Notes: generated by a model from the sequence alone, not told the origin. Shown: positions 38,967 through 52,733, numbered from the stretch's first letter. The stretch is DNA of 64,000 bases from Lingula anatina (GCA_051362555.1 CM120643.1:6572001-6636000), one strand, 5' to 3'. Numbers and translations are program-made.

Positions 38967-39950
38967 TCACTTTAATACATAATCTTTAAAGTAACCTGGT
39001 TGTCTGATCGTTCTCTGTGGTCTGGTGTAAATTGGTTCTTCCATATGATCACTGTTTTTCTCTTGCTGTGGCATCTTCTCATAAACTGAATTCTCTGTAT
39101 TTAATGCAATATCATCTAAGTTTGGGATATTCTGTGTGTCTGTTGCTGCAATGTCACTTTTCACTGTAATATATCACTAAGTTGCAATTCACATGCATCA
39201 TCTTGTCTTCTCATCTCATTTGTGTTTTCTTTCAAATACGAGTCTGCTGGAATCTTCATTACATCATCTGTTGTGTTTATGACATTGTTACACAGTTTGA
39301 ATTGACTTGCATCTCTGCAGATTGTTCTTCTGTCTGTAACTCTTCTGGCAGTAACTTGAGAACCATGTATTTCCATGACGATATAAAAAATCAGTTCATA
39401 TGGTGTTGAGAGTTTGTTTCTTTTGTTCTGTTTAACTAAAACATAGTCACGTGAAATGAGTGTATTCTCCCTCCAAGTTTGATTAGTGTTGGGTCAGTGA
39501 GTGTTTTCTCTGCTCACTGAGAATCGCTGTATTTTCAGATTTCACCATCCATCTGATCCTCCTCTCTGTACTATGACCACCCATTTGTGGCAGTGGGTGT
39601 CTGGAGAGATAATCTGGGTCTGCATCATTCTTTCCCGGCTCATATACCACTTCATAGTCAACATCTTGTAAGTCCATCACCCATTTCTCTATTCTCGGTG
39701 GTAATTTTGCTTGTGCTTTGTTAAACATGGGTACTAATGGTTTGTGTGCTTCAATAATACTAAATTATTCTCTCATGTCCCAGTATGGTTCAATGTCCTC
39801 GTCTTTTCTGTATAGATTGCTGATTCCAATCTCCTGTTGAGATTCTCCCTCCAAGTTTGATTAGTGTTAGGTCAGTGAGGGTTTTCTCTGCTATCTCATT
39901 GAGAATCACTGAATTTTCAGATTTGACCACTCTGTCAAACTGTGTGCCTG
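38967..39950 (-). mobile_element. Ty3/Gypsy pol remnants (RNase H end and integrase C-terminus), rearranged
   Basis: PPRIEKWVMDLQDVDYEVVYEPGKN...DYLSRHP; IHGSQVTARR...RDASQFK; RPQRTIRQPGYFKDYV. Confidence 0.85.
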
Positions 39951-39994
39951 ATCTGAAAAAACAAAAAAGAGAAACACTCATTATAAACATTCAA

Positions 39995-40125
39995 CAGGCC
40001 TGTAGCCAGCTATTTCAAAAGGTTTTTCTTTTTCTAAAAAAAGTGGACCTTTTACCATGAAACCATTGTGTGCCTAAATGAAAATTTGCCCAGAGGGAAC
40101 CTTTTCCCAGCAAAAAAGGCTGTTC
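39995..40125. mobile_element. truncated copy of the CAGGCC(C/T)GTAGCCAG MITE family
   Basis: shares aagtggaccttttaccat and ccttttcccagcaaaaa with 52734-52914. Confidence 0.65.
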
Positions 40126-40133
40126 GTTCGCAT

Positions 40134-40949
40134 CACGCTCGGCTGTCACCTTGATTGGATAGTAAACGATTGTCGTAAAATCGCTAAATGATATTAAAAC
40201 CGGGTGCACAAACTTGAAAACCACCTAGGACAACCTTAGACTGCCACATTAATCCAATACAATGCAAAAATAAACAATAACAAGTGGTTAAAGCCTTCAA
40301 ACCGAATGTCGTAAAGTCCCCATATACCTCCATAGAGACAATAAAATAGATTGAGCTTGTGAAACAAAACTCAACCAACTTAAACATACTAATCGAAATA
40401 AAATACTGCCGGGCATCGGAGCGGCCTTAAACTTGGCACGCTTACCGCAAATACTGCAGGCTACATCATCCCGTCGCTCGTTTGTAAATTCAGTGCATGG
40501 CATACGCACAATCATATCCAAATTCCACCTCTGATGTTTATTTCGGTCCTCTCTACAATCCAATTCAGGAAATGACGTAACCGCAGAGGTCACATTGTCC
40601 AATGGCATGGCTTCTTTTTCGTAATGGGAGGTTAGAGAGGACCGAAATAAACATCAGGCCGCTCCGATGCCCGGCAGTATTTTATTTTGATTATTATGTT
40701 TAAGTTGGTTGAGTTTTGTTTCACAAGCTTACTCTATTTTATTGTCTCTATGGAGGTATATGGGGACTTTACGACATTCGGTTTGAAAGCTTTAACCACT
40801 TGTTATAGTTTATTTTTGCATTGTATTGGATTAATGTGGCAGTCTAAGGTTGTCCTAGGTGGTTTTCAAGTTTATGCACCCGGTTTTAATATCATTTAGC
40901 GATTTTACGACAATCGTTTACTATCCAATCAAGGTGACAGCCGAGCGTG
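40134..40949. repeat. long near-perfect inverted repeat (~290-bp arms)
   Basis: 40134-40426 is the reverse complement of ~40657-40949; near-identical ORFs on opposite strands (40184-40387 and 40687-40899); inner 25-bp pair 40531-40555 / 40633-40657. Confidence 0.92.
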
Positions 40950-43135
40950 GTTCCCACGTCTAAACTGGCAGTGGTCCTGGGCAAAGTCAAATTTGGCAGC
41001 TTCCTCATATTCACAGAAATTTGTCCTTTCAAATAATTGCTAATATGCATTTAATGTTTTGCCATGACTTCATGTAAAAAAATCAAACTTAAAATTGTCA
41101 TCATTTTATATTGGCAATTTAAGCTAAATTTAGAGGGCCTTTGTTGTGACTTTGCATCTTAAGTGGCACGACATGCCTCAAAACCTATCACAACACTATA
41201 TTCAATGCAGGAATGGTGCAGTCCAGATGTAACATTGTAATAATGTGATGTTATACTTGGCTACATACTGGGGTATGTATGAATTCCTAACATGCAAAGC
41301 CATTACTTCACTCCAGTTGGAAGGCTATGGCTAAATAGAGAGATATAAAGATACGTGGTAGGACGAAGTGAACACTGCAAAAATTCCCATATAGGTAGAT
41401 CACAATCCGCTAGGGGCGCTACAGTCGTAACTGTCCACGGGCAGTGAAGTGTTAAACTGAAGTCGGCCTGCTGACAGTTCGCCTATGGAACCCCTTTTTT
41501 AAATCTCTCTTTTAGCGCTGCGTAAAAAAACTAATACAAGCCATTAACTAAATAAGTTGTAAATCAAAGAGTAAAATCCGGTCACGTGATTTTCCCATGT
41601 TGCAGTCTTTGACAAGTTTCGGTTCTGCTTGTTTTAAGATTTGCCTCTACAAAATGCTAAAAAATTTCAGGTAAGTGCTGGTATCATCTTTTTGAAATTT
41701 ATATCCAGCAAAGTTTATGAAATTTGCTATATTATGTAGAAAAATCATGAAATTTGAAGGTTGCGAAGTATAGTTAATTTAATCCGCAATATTACATGAT
41801 GTGAAAATTACCACAGGGAAATAGCTCTGCCCTGATTAGTCACAGGCTATGTGAGCCAGACAATAGGCTGAGCACACAAAGACACACAGGGTGCTCTGCT
41901 GCGCCTGAGTGATCACTGCTGGTCAGTGGGCACAGGTTTTGAGCTGAGAAGTGTGGACACTTTTGGTGGATTTTTGCAGTTAAAAAACTTCAATATCTTT
42001 GTTGCTTGTAGGAATATTTAAAAAAATTCCAAATGATTTCATCAGGTTTTTGCATTACCTTTCAGATGATATAAGTATTTTAATTTTCTGATCAGTTTGA
42101 AAATTTTTCTGATATACCTATCCCATAAATAACTTTTTAGGACAACATATAGAAACCCTATTGCTCCCTAACTCTGCTAGAACTTTTTTACGTTTTACCT
42201 CAGATATTTCCAGGAATCCAGATCTACTGAATAACACTAATAACGTTCCCTTTATCTATCCTCTGGCTCTTGTATCTGCAGCTCTCTCTCTCTCTCTCTC
42301 TCAAAAACCCCGCCCAACTATGGCTTTCAATCCCAGGACTTCCGGTACCAGATCACTGCAACAAAGTACTCACCTTTCTGTCATCAAGAATGTATTTGCA
42401 TGCATATAAAAGGTTGCTGGAATCGTGAAATGTCATACTGCTTCAGATCAAACTTTTATGGTAACTCATAAATATATCTTGGCCTTAGTATAACGTTATT
42501 TCATAACGTGTAAAATTTTCCCGCTCCGCCGCGCTAAGCCTAAGTAGGTCATTTGCAAACCCGCAGTGAATAAGTTGGGTCACATCTCGGCACATCCGGT
42601 CACATGAAGCTCGCCGCAGTTTTACTCTGCTTCCCAGTTATTATATCTTTTGACTTTTCGTTTAGATATGATATTATTGATTATTGATTGAGAATAAATT
42701 ATTACAAAAAGGTTATTATAAATTCTTTTTATTGTTATTACTACATATTTTCTTTTTGCTTCAACGGATCTCAGCACTACTAACACAACGTTCAATTTGA
42801 GCAAATGGAGCATTTAAGGACCCTCGCATTTAGAGAAATTAGGGCCTACCATTTAAAGTATAATAAACAAACTAGAAAATATTCTAAAGTCAATTTTGCC
42901 TGCACAGCAACTAGTACCTGTATTTTGCGTTAATAGACTGCGGTAGAGACTGCGCTAGATGCGCGTTAATTTTTTTCTTTTTTAACGTCTAAAATTTTCC
43001 CTCAATTCCAAGTATATTTTCTCAATGCCTGGTAACGAAGGTTTTGCAAATGGCTTTCTAATAGATTGCAGCTTTGTCGTGTTTCGTGTAAAACATTTCA
43101 CTGTGCCCTATTAACATATTGTCCAGCTAATCATG

Positions 43136-43416
43136 AGGGCCCGCTGGGAAGGGAGGGGTTAGTGATCACAGTTCACGGCAACAGAAAATAAAATCATCAA
43201 ATCACAAATCACATAAATTAATTAAAAACTTAATTCGTGTCTCATTGAAAATGCTAGTCTGGCGAGCTGAAAATAAGTATCCCTGAGTATAATGACTTCG
43301 TTTTACTAAGGACGATAGAAACCCGCAATTCACGATTCACAGGAATGGGGTGCTTCACATCTCGGGGAATGATAAGTGGCTGTTACGGGTAAGGAAAATA
43401 CCCAACGGGGCCTTCA
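43136..43416. mobile_element. probable MITE
   Basis: gagggcccgctggg versus cccaacggggccttc; no clear TSD. Confidence 0.45.
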
Positions 43417-44086
43417 GTCATTGTCTTAACTAAAATGAAGATTTAATTAATTTCTAAAATATTTCAAAACATGAAAGCAACTAAAATTAATGATCTAGAG
43501 CAAAAATACGCCACGAATGATTTTTCAGCTTTTAAAAGTAGCTGCAAGTTATTTATTGCGTTATTTAAGACATAGAACATTTTCTGAGACGTTAGGCATT
43601 ATACATGCTTCCATACAAGAATCTTATTTTTCTACTTTATTGAAAATAAACTTATAGGCAAATGTGAGATGGTGTTGCAAGCGACAGTAACGAAGGTCTA
43701 AAGATGAGTCTGAATCTCGTGTTTTAAATATGATTAGCACAGGTGCTGAGCTAACTAATTATGCAGTGAATTTCGTGTGCATCGAAAGACTCACCAAGGG
43801 AAGAGCGAGAAAGCCAAAATATTATATAAAAAGACAAAATATTATTATTATTATTAATCTACACAAAGCACCTCTGACCCTGTTGGGAGTTCAACCCCCT
43901 TGAGGACTCAGATGATAACTGTCGTCAATAGGGCCTACTGCTTTTACATAACGTAACAAACGCGATCGTCCTTTGCGCTCAAATCACAAACAGGAATCTT
44001 TCTTTTTAAAAATGTGAAAGACACCCTTACATTTTATACATATCTGTGAATATCTAGTGAAAACTCCATCTGTGACTCTGGTAGAG

Positions 44087-44121
<35 letters not shown>

Positions 44122-44299
44122 GTTGTCTCTGGCCGAATTCACAATCAGCTGATCCTCGGACCAGAATCAGATAACAATTAAACCTCTTTTATGATAATTA
44201 ACTGTTATGACTGATAAATGAAACTTTTTGAAATTTTTTCATTCGACAGCATCTTCCGTATCTTTACGAAAAAATATATTGAAAACGCATCTGTAAATA

Positions 44300-44630
44300 T
44301 TAACTCTGAAAGATAAAAAAAAAAAGCCCGAGCTTTTGGCTTGTGAACCTTCTTCAGGTACCAAAACAAGAATAAACAAGCAAACTTTTGGTATAAGTGG
44401 CGTATGATGCATGGAAAAGGGACACGAAATTAGAAGTGCGTGATAAAGGTTAACGTCTTGAAGATTACGTAATAATAAAACAAGAATAATATTCGTTGAG
44501 ATATTCATTGTCTCTATAAAGTCCTTTTTTGAAGTGTCTAATATTTTTATAAACTTCTTCTCGACAATCCGTCTTTGTCTTGTGTCGCGTATGTGTCCTT
44601 TTAAAATGGTGACTGTTTGTACTGTGGTGG
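44300..44630 (-). mobile_element. Penelope-like element 3' fragment (GIY-YIG C-terminus and pseudo-LTR)
   Basis: VTILKGHIRDTRQRRIVEKKFIKILDT; downstream cctgaagaaggttcacaagccaaaagctc, a hammerhead-like core. Confidence 0.7.
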
Positions 44631-44862
44631 TTCTTGATGCGAGTTTTAAGGGCGTAAGACAGCTTTTTTCTATCGTTTTCACTTTTAATTACTATTAGTT
44701 CTATTACTGTACATAGCTACCAATTATCTGCGCTTTGAGCTTTTACTTTTTAATACAGATACAAGCAAGGCAAGCAAAAAGTCTCTGGCAGTGAATTGTG
44801 AACTGTTGCTGCTACCACTCCTACATAAAGTAGATATTGCAAACATACATCGACACATGAAT

Positions 44863-45009
44863 CAGGGCCGTAGCCTCCGGGGGGGCAGGGGGGGCAGCTG
44901 CCCCCCTGGAATTTGGAATTTTACACACCACACCCTCCCCCCTCGGTAGCTTCGCCCCCTCGTGTCCGCTTACTGCCCCCCCTGGCATTTTGCTCAGGCT
45001 ACGGCCCTG
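44863..45009. mobile_element. GC-rich MITE with 5-bp TSD TGAAT
   Basis: cagggccgtagcc...ggctacggccctg; tgaat at 44858-44862 and 45010-45014. Confidence 0.88.
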
Positions 45010-45284
45010 TGAATCAATAAGATATCAGACAACTTTCATGGAAAATAAACTGAAATTAAAGCTGGATATTCTTTTATCTATTATCATTTCGCATTTACGT
45101 TAAATCTCGACACGTACGTCTTCATCACCATCAAACTTCAGTTGCAGTCCGAAGCGACGACGTTCACACAGTGCACATCAAAACCATCAATAGGAGTCCT
45201 TACGTAGGAAACCACGCGCTAGAGAACGGGTTTAATTAAGGCATTCTTGTTGGCGGTATTGTCACTGATTTATAGAATCATGAA

Positions 45285-45975
45285 TAATTCACAATGTGCT
45301 GTACATTAACTCCACACTGTTCAAAATGAAAATAGTTACTAGCCCAGGATGTATTAACTGCCATATGAAAGAAACAATAATACATCGTTTTGTGGAATGT
45401 GTACGCGCAAGAAACTTTTGGATTGCATTTGAAAACTGGTGGAACACTCCGAATAATACCATTCACTTTAGAAAAAATGAAAAAACTACAATGTACGGCT
45501 GTTTGTCTAGCGACCACTGCGCAAAAGCTTTAAATTTCTCTATTATTGTGGCTAAACAGTTTATAAACAAAAATTCAGAAAATCCATCAGTCTATGATTT
45601 TGAACTGTTTCTGGATTTCCTCAGTCAAAAGAAGAAAAATAGAAAAATACATTGCTATAAAGACAGGTAAAGAAGATTGGTTTAAAACAAAATGGAAACG
45701 CATTCCATTACCATAACGTGTTAAAATGTCCACCTCTAGTATGTTATAATGTTGCCGATATGTAGCACACAACAAGCATGTATACGTGTAGTAAGTATGG
45801 ATGGATGAGTGAGTGAAAATATTTCTATATATTTATGTTCTCTTTAATTTATCAGTATTTAATTACTGTAATTATCATCAGTACTATATGCATTTAATTT
45901 TTATCTGTTTAAATATTTCATTATATATGTATATTTTCTTTTTTTTTATTTGAGTGAATAAACGCATTAAAAAAA
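45285..45975 (+). mobile_element. 5'-truncated L1/Tx1-type LINE (zf-RVT/CCHC end, 3'UTR, A tail)
   Basis: CINCHMKETIIHRFVECVRARNFW; aataaa at ~45957 then A-run; 13-bp TSD atagaatcatgaa at 45272-45284 and 45976-45988. Confidence 0.88.
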
Positions 45976-46276
45976 ATAGAATCATGAACAAATCTGGATG
46001 ACTCTATCTATAACAAAGTAATTACTACCTAAAAATAAAAAATTACTTTTCAGAATAATACAAGAAAAATTAATGAAAAGAACAAAGACAAAAAAATTTT
46101 AATTAAAAATGGAATCTGAACAACAAATACAGCTTCAAGCAAATGGAAATGAAAATAGAATATACACACCCTTGACTTTCGAGTTAAGCTACAAATAATT
46201 TTTAAAATAATGTCGGTACCTTGTCAATGTATGGCAGGACTACGTGAACACCCTCCCCTACACATACACTAAACAC

Positions 46277-46314
<38 letters not shown>

Positions 46315-46701
46315 GCACAGGCTCATCGTCGAAGAGGGGGAGAACCAAATCCAATCATTGAAGTTGTACATCGGTTCACTATTTGTCCTAAGTAAATCAT
46401 CATAAAATAAACGAATCAGATCAAAATTACAATAAAGCGCGGAATGTGCAGACCAGCATAATCAACACCTGTGGGTTTGGATACAAAACTGCTCTTCCCC
46501 GTTGCCAACGCTCTCAATTCAGGTCTATCTTTTAAAATAAAATGTTTTATTTTATATTAAAAAAAACATGTATAAAACAACATACTTCGGTCGATAATCT
46601 AGCAGTGTGTAATACTGTGCATGAACCCAAATATGCTGTAGATGTAGCATTATCAAAATAGAAATACCATATCTTCTTGAACATGAAAAGTCACATTAGA
46701 A

Positions 46702-46702
<1 letters not shown>

Positions 46703-46756
<54 letters not shown>
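46703..46756. repeat. poly-C tract (54 nt)
   Basis: direct reading. Confidence 0.9.
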
Positions 46757-46757
<1 letters not shown>

Positions 46758-47855
46758 TCCCACCAATACGCCCCATTTCTATTGATACCATACAAACTCA
46801 GCGTGTGTAGGAGTGTGAAAACTAAAGTAGATCAAAAGTTCACGGATAGGATATGCCATGTAAGGATTCATAGGGGAAATAGGTAATCTCCTTTTGCTCT
46901 TTTTTTTTAACCTGTCAATTTTGAGAAGAAATACAGTGAATCGGTGTCTCTCATTGCAGTTAGTCAATATAAATTCAAATATGTAAAAAACATCTTTCCT
47001 TTATCACGTAATTCGTCAGATGTAATAAAATACAGCATTTCCCTAGAAAACCTTTACCCCCTCTTGTGAATGCAATGTGCCGTCTGCAGAGCTCAGCGTC
47101 TGCTACCTCGCTGGATGCTTCGCGGTTCCCGGGAGCTGAACAGTTAACGCGGTCCAAAAAAATTTTAGGGAGAGTCAAATGAAATAGAGAGGGACCGTGG
47201 CATCTATAAAGTTCTACACGGTGAAGCTGGAGATGTGGGCTAGTTTTACTCTTTTCTTTCAAAGTTTGCAATCTACTCTGGCTTTCAGTACCCGCATGCA
47301 ACCAAAATATTTGCTGGTATCTTAATACATCTCCCACTTGTGTCTCCCCTCTAAAACGGTCCACACTAAAAAATCAATAATCGTATGGCATTTTTATACA
47401 GGCAATTGACCTACTTTTATACCCATGCAGCTATCGACGAGTTTTATGGCTGTGGAGTGAAAACGTGATACACGTCTGTGATATAAAAATTATTTCTAAT
47501 CACATAATTTACAAACAGTGCATTTGGAATAAAGGTGTCCAGATTTGTGAGCAAAAGATGACATTGCTATTTGAAAATAATGAAAAAATTGGAGACGAGC
47601 CTAAATCAGAAAAAATGCATTTTTTTCTCTTATATGCAAATTAGGTTCCTTGAAGTAATATATGACTGGCCGGAAGTGATGTTCAGAGATTTGTAACGAT
47701 GATGATCTTGATGGCCTTGATGATCTTAATGGTGGTTCAAAAAATATTATCAAAGTTTTCAGTTGTCATCTGGTGAGAAAGAAATTTTCTGCACTAACAC
47801 AATCATTCCACAAGTGAAAAATAATTAGTAAACGCGCCTCAGAGATGCGCTGCAG

Positions 47856-48625
47856 GGGTCCGCCATATAGATAACCGTCCCAATAAAACATTCGTCCCCA
47901 TAGATACGTCTCTATACATACATGTCTCAATAGATTTACGTCTCGTTAAATTAACGTTCTGATAGATCCACCAACAGATTCCTATAAACCCACGTATCTT
48001 TAGATCCAGGTACCGCTAGATCCATCTATCTGACATCGTAATCGGCTAAAAGGCCCATATCAACTTGCGTTGTGAAATTTAGAACACATTTTTTTTGTTT
48101 GTTTTTTGTTTAGAACACATTTACATGTAAATTCAGAGCACTTTTCACGTGTTCGAATGTTACATTTTGAGAACGCTTTAAACAGTGTTCTGACGCTAGA
48201 ACAGTAAGCGTTGTGAAATATAGAACACACTTTTGTTCTTTTTATGTTCTTTCACTGAGCATTGTGTGAAAACGATCTAGTAGAATAATACCGGTATATT
48301 GCTGAAAGAATTAAATATGTGTACTGTCGTTTTAAAGAAGTGCATTTTATGTACTGAGTAGTATACCAACCATTTTGAGCAATAGTGTACCTGTAATGGA
48401 TCTATCGGTATTTGGATCTATAGGTATGCGGATTTAAAGGACGTGGGTTTATGAGGACGTCGTATCTATAGGAACGCAAATATATAGGACAGCAGAAAAA
48501 AATCGGATCTATCGGTATTTAAATCTAAAAAGACATTTTTTTCCGTTTTTCCTTTATGTATCTATCGGTAACGGGAGTATAGGGACGTGTAATATTTTGG
48601 GACTAAATTTTATCCGTACGTACCC
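47856..48625. mobile_element. Mutator-like MITE with 9-bp TSD GCGCTGCAG
   Basis: gggtccg...cgtaccc termini, subterminal tagatcc/ggatcta repeats; TSD at 47847-47855 and 48626-48634. Confidence 0.75.
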
Positions 48626-49807
48626 GCGCTGCAGACGTCACGGCTTTTGGGCGAAAATCACACGCGACATTTCGTCATAATTATTTGATATAGGTAAAAA
48701 AACTGTGATTAAAAATGGATATCGGCAAAGCATTAAAATTTTGACAGCATTTCTGTTTCTTTGTGTTCGACAAGGATGAATTTAATTAGAATACCCCCTC
48801 TCTCTCTTTTTAAGCGAATATAAAGGAGAAAGCCGAGCGAAAAAAATAATGCGCATAACATATTATTAACAGTCAAAATATTCAGAAGTAAAAAAATTCA
48901 GAGTTAAAAATCTTGTTGGCCACTACAGTTCCTCTTCATAGAGGTTCACATGCAAAATTTTAAGGCAACTTGTAGCCTTTTCAATTGATGTTGTAAAGTA
49001 AATGACTTACACTTTCACTAACTGCAGATAAAGATTATAACGGAATCAAACAAGTTAAAGGAAAGGGAGTTATTGAGTGTTGCGCCGACAGAAAATTCAC
49101 AACATAAATAACAACAACAACAATCTACACGCAATATGGTAATGTGCATATCGGTAACGCAGTGGCGGATTAAGAGGTTTCTGAAAAATATATCGCACCA
49201 GTATTCCCCTCTTGAAATTAGAATTTTGTCTAACCTTTGTATATTTTTAATTGGAAAATCTACTTATTGATTATTATTCCATTTTTTCACAAAAATTATT
49301 TGTTTTTCTTAAGAAAATTAAAGTGAAAGGGAAAAGATTAGAGGGAGAAAAAGAGCAACAATTGAACATACATATTTTCCCCCAAAATATCCTTTATTAC
49401 AGTGAAATAATGAAGAACATACATACTATTGGCATGCATGTACCAAAAACAAAAAGACTTTCACTAGTATCTAAAAATGAAAATCAATATATCTTCATAC
49501 ATAAAGAACAATGCATCACCTCCAAATGAATTAACAAAATTTCAAGTATGGCATTACAGTATGGACAGACCTCTATTCAAACAAATAAAAAATACATCAA
49601 TAGAACAATTTTAAATATCTATATAATTTCCTTGATCTGAAAACAGTAAAGGAACGAATCTGACAAACTACACTGATATCATTTTATTTCCATTTCTTAT
49701 TCTTTATTTCACAATACACACTAACAGATTTACCATCATTTTAATATAAACAACTAACAAAATTGTTAAGATGCAGAAAATGTCAAAAGAGCACGTTTAC
49801 ATATGCA

Positions 49808-50087
49808 ACTAAAAAAGCACTCCAAGGGCGCAGACCTCTGCCAAGTCAGCAAAGTCTCCACCCAATGCCGTTTCACCCCTAAATTTTCATTCTATAATGA
49901 GTAAGTTTTTTTATTTTTGATTATTGATTGATTATTGATCTGGATCACCACCAAAAACTATTCATCTGTTCTTTGGCCCACTTCTGACAGTTCCTGAAAA
50001 TTTCATCAAAATCGGTCCATAGCTTTTTGAGTTATGTGGATGACAGACAAACAGGGGTGAAAACATAACCTCCTTGGCAGAGGTAAT
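49808..50087 (-). mobile_element. Helentron-associated non-autonomous element (HINE-like)
   Basis: subterminal inverted repeat acctctgccaag / cttggcagaggt; minus strand begins attacctctgccaaggaggttatgttttcacc, then gtttgtctgt. Confidence 0.7.
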
Positions 50088-50682
50088 TAGTTCAATAATG
50101 AGACAGTTAACATGCCAAAGAATTGAAAATAGCATAGGTGACAGCAATGTACGGACATGGCTGAAATTAAAAATCATACTTAAGTGAATGTTGCAATGGT
50201 GTAGGACAAATATTCTTCCAGCCTTCTTAAAGCTTTTATATTTGTACAACATTAATAAAATTTCCATCTGAAGACGTCTATACAAATGTCACATGACATA
50301 CAGTTTAAAGCCAGAAGGAAAAAGCATTATTATGTCTTGTATATTGTAAAATTAAAATTTATCTTCTACCCTTTTCTGAACCAAGACAACAGTTCTTGGC
50401 ATGGAATGTTGAGTACACCAAGCAAGCCAACACAGACATATTTCTAGGATAACGTATTAAAACAAACTGCAAAGTGCTATTTTGGATTTTCATCTGGATT
50501 CTTAATTTCAACTCTGCTGTTACATTGACTAAGCTGTATCATTTCCCTCACATTTTTAAATACAACAAAAATATCATTATTACGGGTCAGATAATACTTG
50601 TCAAGGAACTTTTTTGTTGGTTGTATTTGCCTTAGCACTTCTTTTAAGTCAGTCTATTAATCCAGTTAATATAAGTGCTAAC

Positions 50683-51358
50683 GGTATCAGGACGATTCCC
50701 CCCATTCCCCCCCCCCCCGAAGAATATATATCTATATCTATATATCTATCTATATATATATAAATAAATGTAAAGTAAAGAGTACAAAGTTCAAATCTTT
50801 TCCCCATTTTCTGAATATTTCCTAGTGTGATGATGATGCAAATCAAGGATAGATAATATCAATTTTATTAAACAATTTATTTTCATGGAGTACAAGTACA
50901 TGAAATTTTCGAGATAGAAGTACAGAACATTTTATTAAAAATCTGATCAAAGAATATATATCTCCAGGAAAAGGAGGGGTAAACAGATTATCTCACTCAT
51001 CCAGGTAGCCCTTTGATGTCTGTTTACCTGTTCATCTGTTTACCCCACTTTTACCTGAAGGATAGGTGGTTATACTTCGATTAGATACTTAATTAATCTT
51101 CCTGTACTAGTACTCAATGAAAAGGGAATTTGTTATAAAATAATTTGTTTCATGATGAAGTTATATTATCACACTAAAAATATTAATAAAATGGATGAAA
51201 TGTTTAAACTTTACACTTTCTACTTTATATTTGTTTATAAATATATATTTCTTGGGGGGGAATCGTCCGGGGGGGGAATTGTCTGGGGGGGGGGGGGGGG
51301 GGGGGGCGGGGGGGGCGGGGGGGGGGGGAATTGTCCGGGGGGGAATTGTCCTAGAATC
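50683..51358. mobile_element. inverted-repeat MITE with poly-C/poly-G subterminal tracts, 8-bp TSD GTGCTAAC
   Basis: ggacgattccccc versus gggggaatcgtcc / gggaattgtcc; TSD at 50675-50682 and 51359-51366; long decayed arms. Confidence 0.72.
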
Positions 51359-52733
51359 GTGCTAACTACTATGTAACAATACTGTCTCATGGTTACGTCT
51401 TGCAATCTGTAATGCCTACAGATTAATCAAGATTTTAAAAATCTGTTAACTGATTTCTTATTGTTAAATTAGCAACAAATAAACCAAATATTGGTATGAG
51501 AGTTCTTTGAGGAATATTTTATGTGCAAGCATGTGGGCTAAAGTTTCTGCAAACAGCACATCAGCACAAACACTATATTCAAACAGGAGGACTGACTCTT
51601 TAATAGCGTAACATTTTATCTGGAATTATTTAGTAAACAGGAATTCCAATTCTTCATCAGAGTTGGAAAGCTTCACCCATAAAAGAACAAATATATTATA
51701 TGGGTTTAATATAACACTTCATAATAAAGTTCCATCATAACTACCAACATCTATTCTGCTTTGTGTAAGACATATTTCCTCTCAACACATGGATAAGACA
51801 AAGTGCTGCTCTTGGTGCTGTCTTTCACTGCCTGCTTTTTCATAGAAAGGGTACTCTGAAAAAAGAACAATATAACTGAAAAAAACTGAAAATTACATTG
51901 GAAAGACTAGCAAATCCAAGGACTTCAAATAGTTAAACATTATTAATTTTGTCAAATCTGGTCAAATGTTTCTGAAATTTGTACAAATGATGCATAACAA
52001 CAATAAAAATCTGTGATAAGCTGATCAGTTGACTGTGTCAAATGAAAAGTGTCTTTTTGTGACAATATATTTGGGAAAACTGAAATTTACATTGAAAAGA
52101 CTGGCAAATCCAAGGACTTCAAATAGTTAAACGTTAATAATTTTGTCAAATCTAGTCCAGTGTTTCTGAAATTTGTACAAATGATGCTTAACAACAATAA
52201 AAACCTGTGATAAGCTGATCAAATGACTGTGTTTAATGAAAAGTATCTTCTTTCGACAAAATCCTTGAAAAAACTGAAAATTACACTGTAAAATCTGGCA
52301 AATTCCATGGCTTAAAATGGTTAAATGTTAATAATTTTGCAATGTGATTATAAAATAAAATAGCAAATGTGATGATTTGAGGTTGTTTGTGTAGGAGGTT
52401 GCAAATTACCTATAACTGTTATCTGGAAAACAATATATACCCAAACAAGACTTCTCCTTACTATCAATGCCAGATGCAGATTACTCCTTACAATCGGTTT
52501 CTGGAATGGGTTGTTGTTATCACAACATTTGACAATGCCTAAATCTTGCCACATATCATGTATTGTACACATGGATAAGACATAGTGCTGCTCTTGGTGC
52601 TGTCTTTCACTGCCTGCATCTTCATGGTAAAGGTAATCTGGAAAAAGAACAATATAACTGAAAAAACTGAAAATAACATAGAAAACGCTGGCAAATTCCA
52701 TGACATAAAATAGTTAAACGTTAATAATTTTGT

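Larger units (their letters stand above)
37023..39952 (-). ncRNA. candidate spliced minus-strand transcript (exons 37023-37191 and 37825-37856, donor at 38347, acceptor at 39953)
   Basis: minus-strand canonical sites ctctttttccag|...|gtgaac, tttttag|...CAG|gtaac, ctctttttttgtttttcag|; no recognisable protein; splice-site reading only. Confidence 0.4.

Noticed and set aside
40184-40899. two near-identical hydrophobic 67-70-aa ORFs as a toxin or membrane gene pair
   Set aside because: They are simply the two arms of the inverted repeat, with no independent coding evidence.
46677-46886. poly-proline ORF, and the poly-glycine ORF at 51152-51376
   Set aside because: Translations of homopolymer tracts whose length may also be unreliable.
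46975-47364. 129-aa minus-strand ORF as a gene or recombinase
   Set aside because: No recognisable motif or splice structure.
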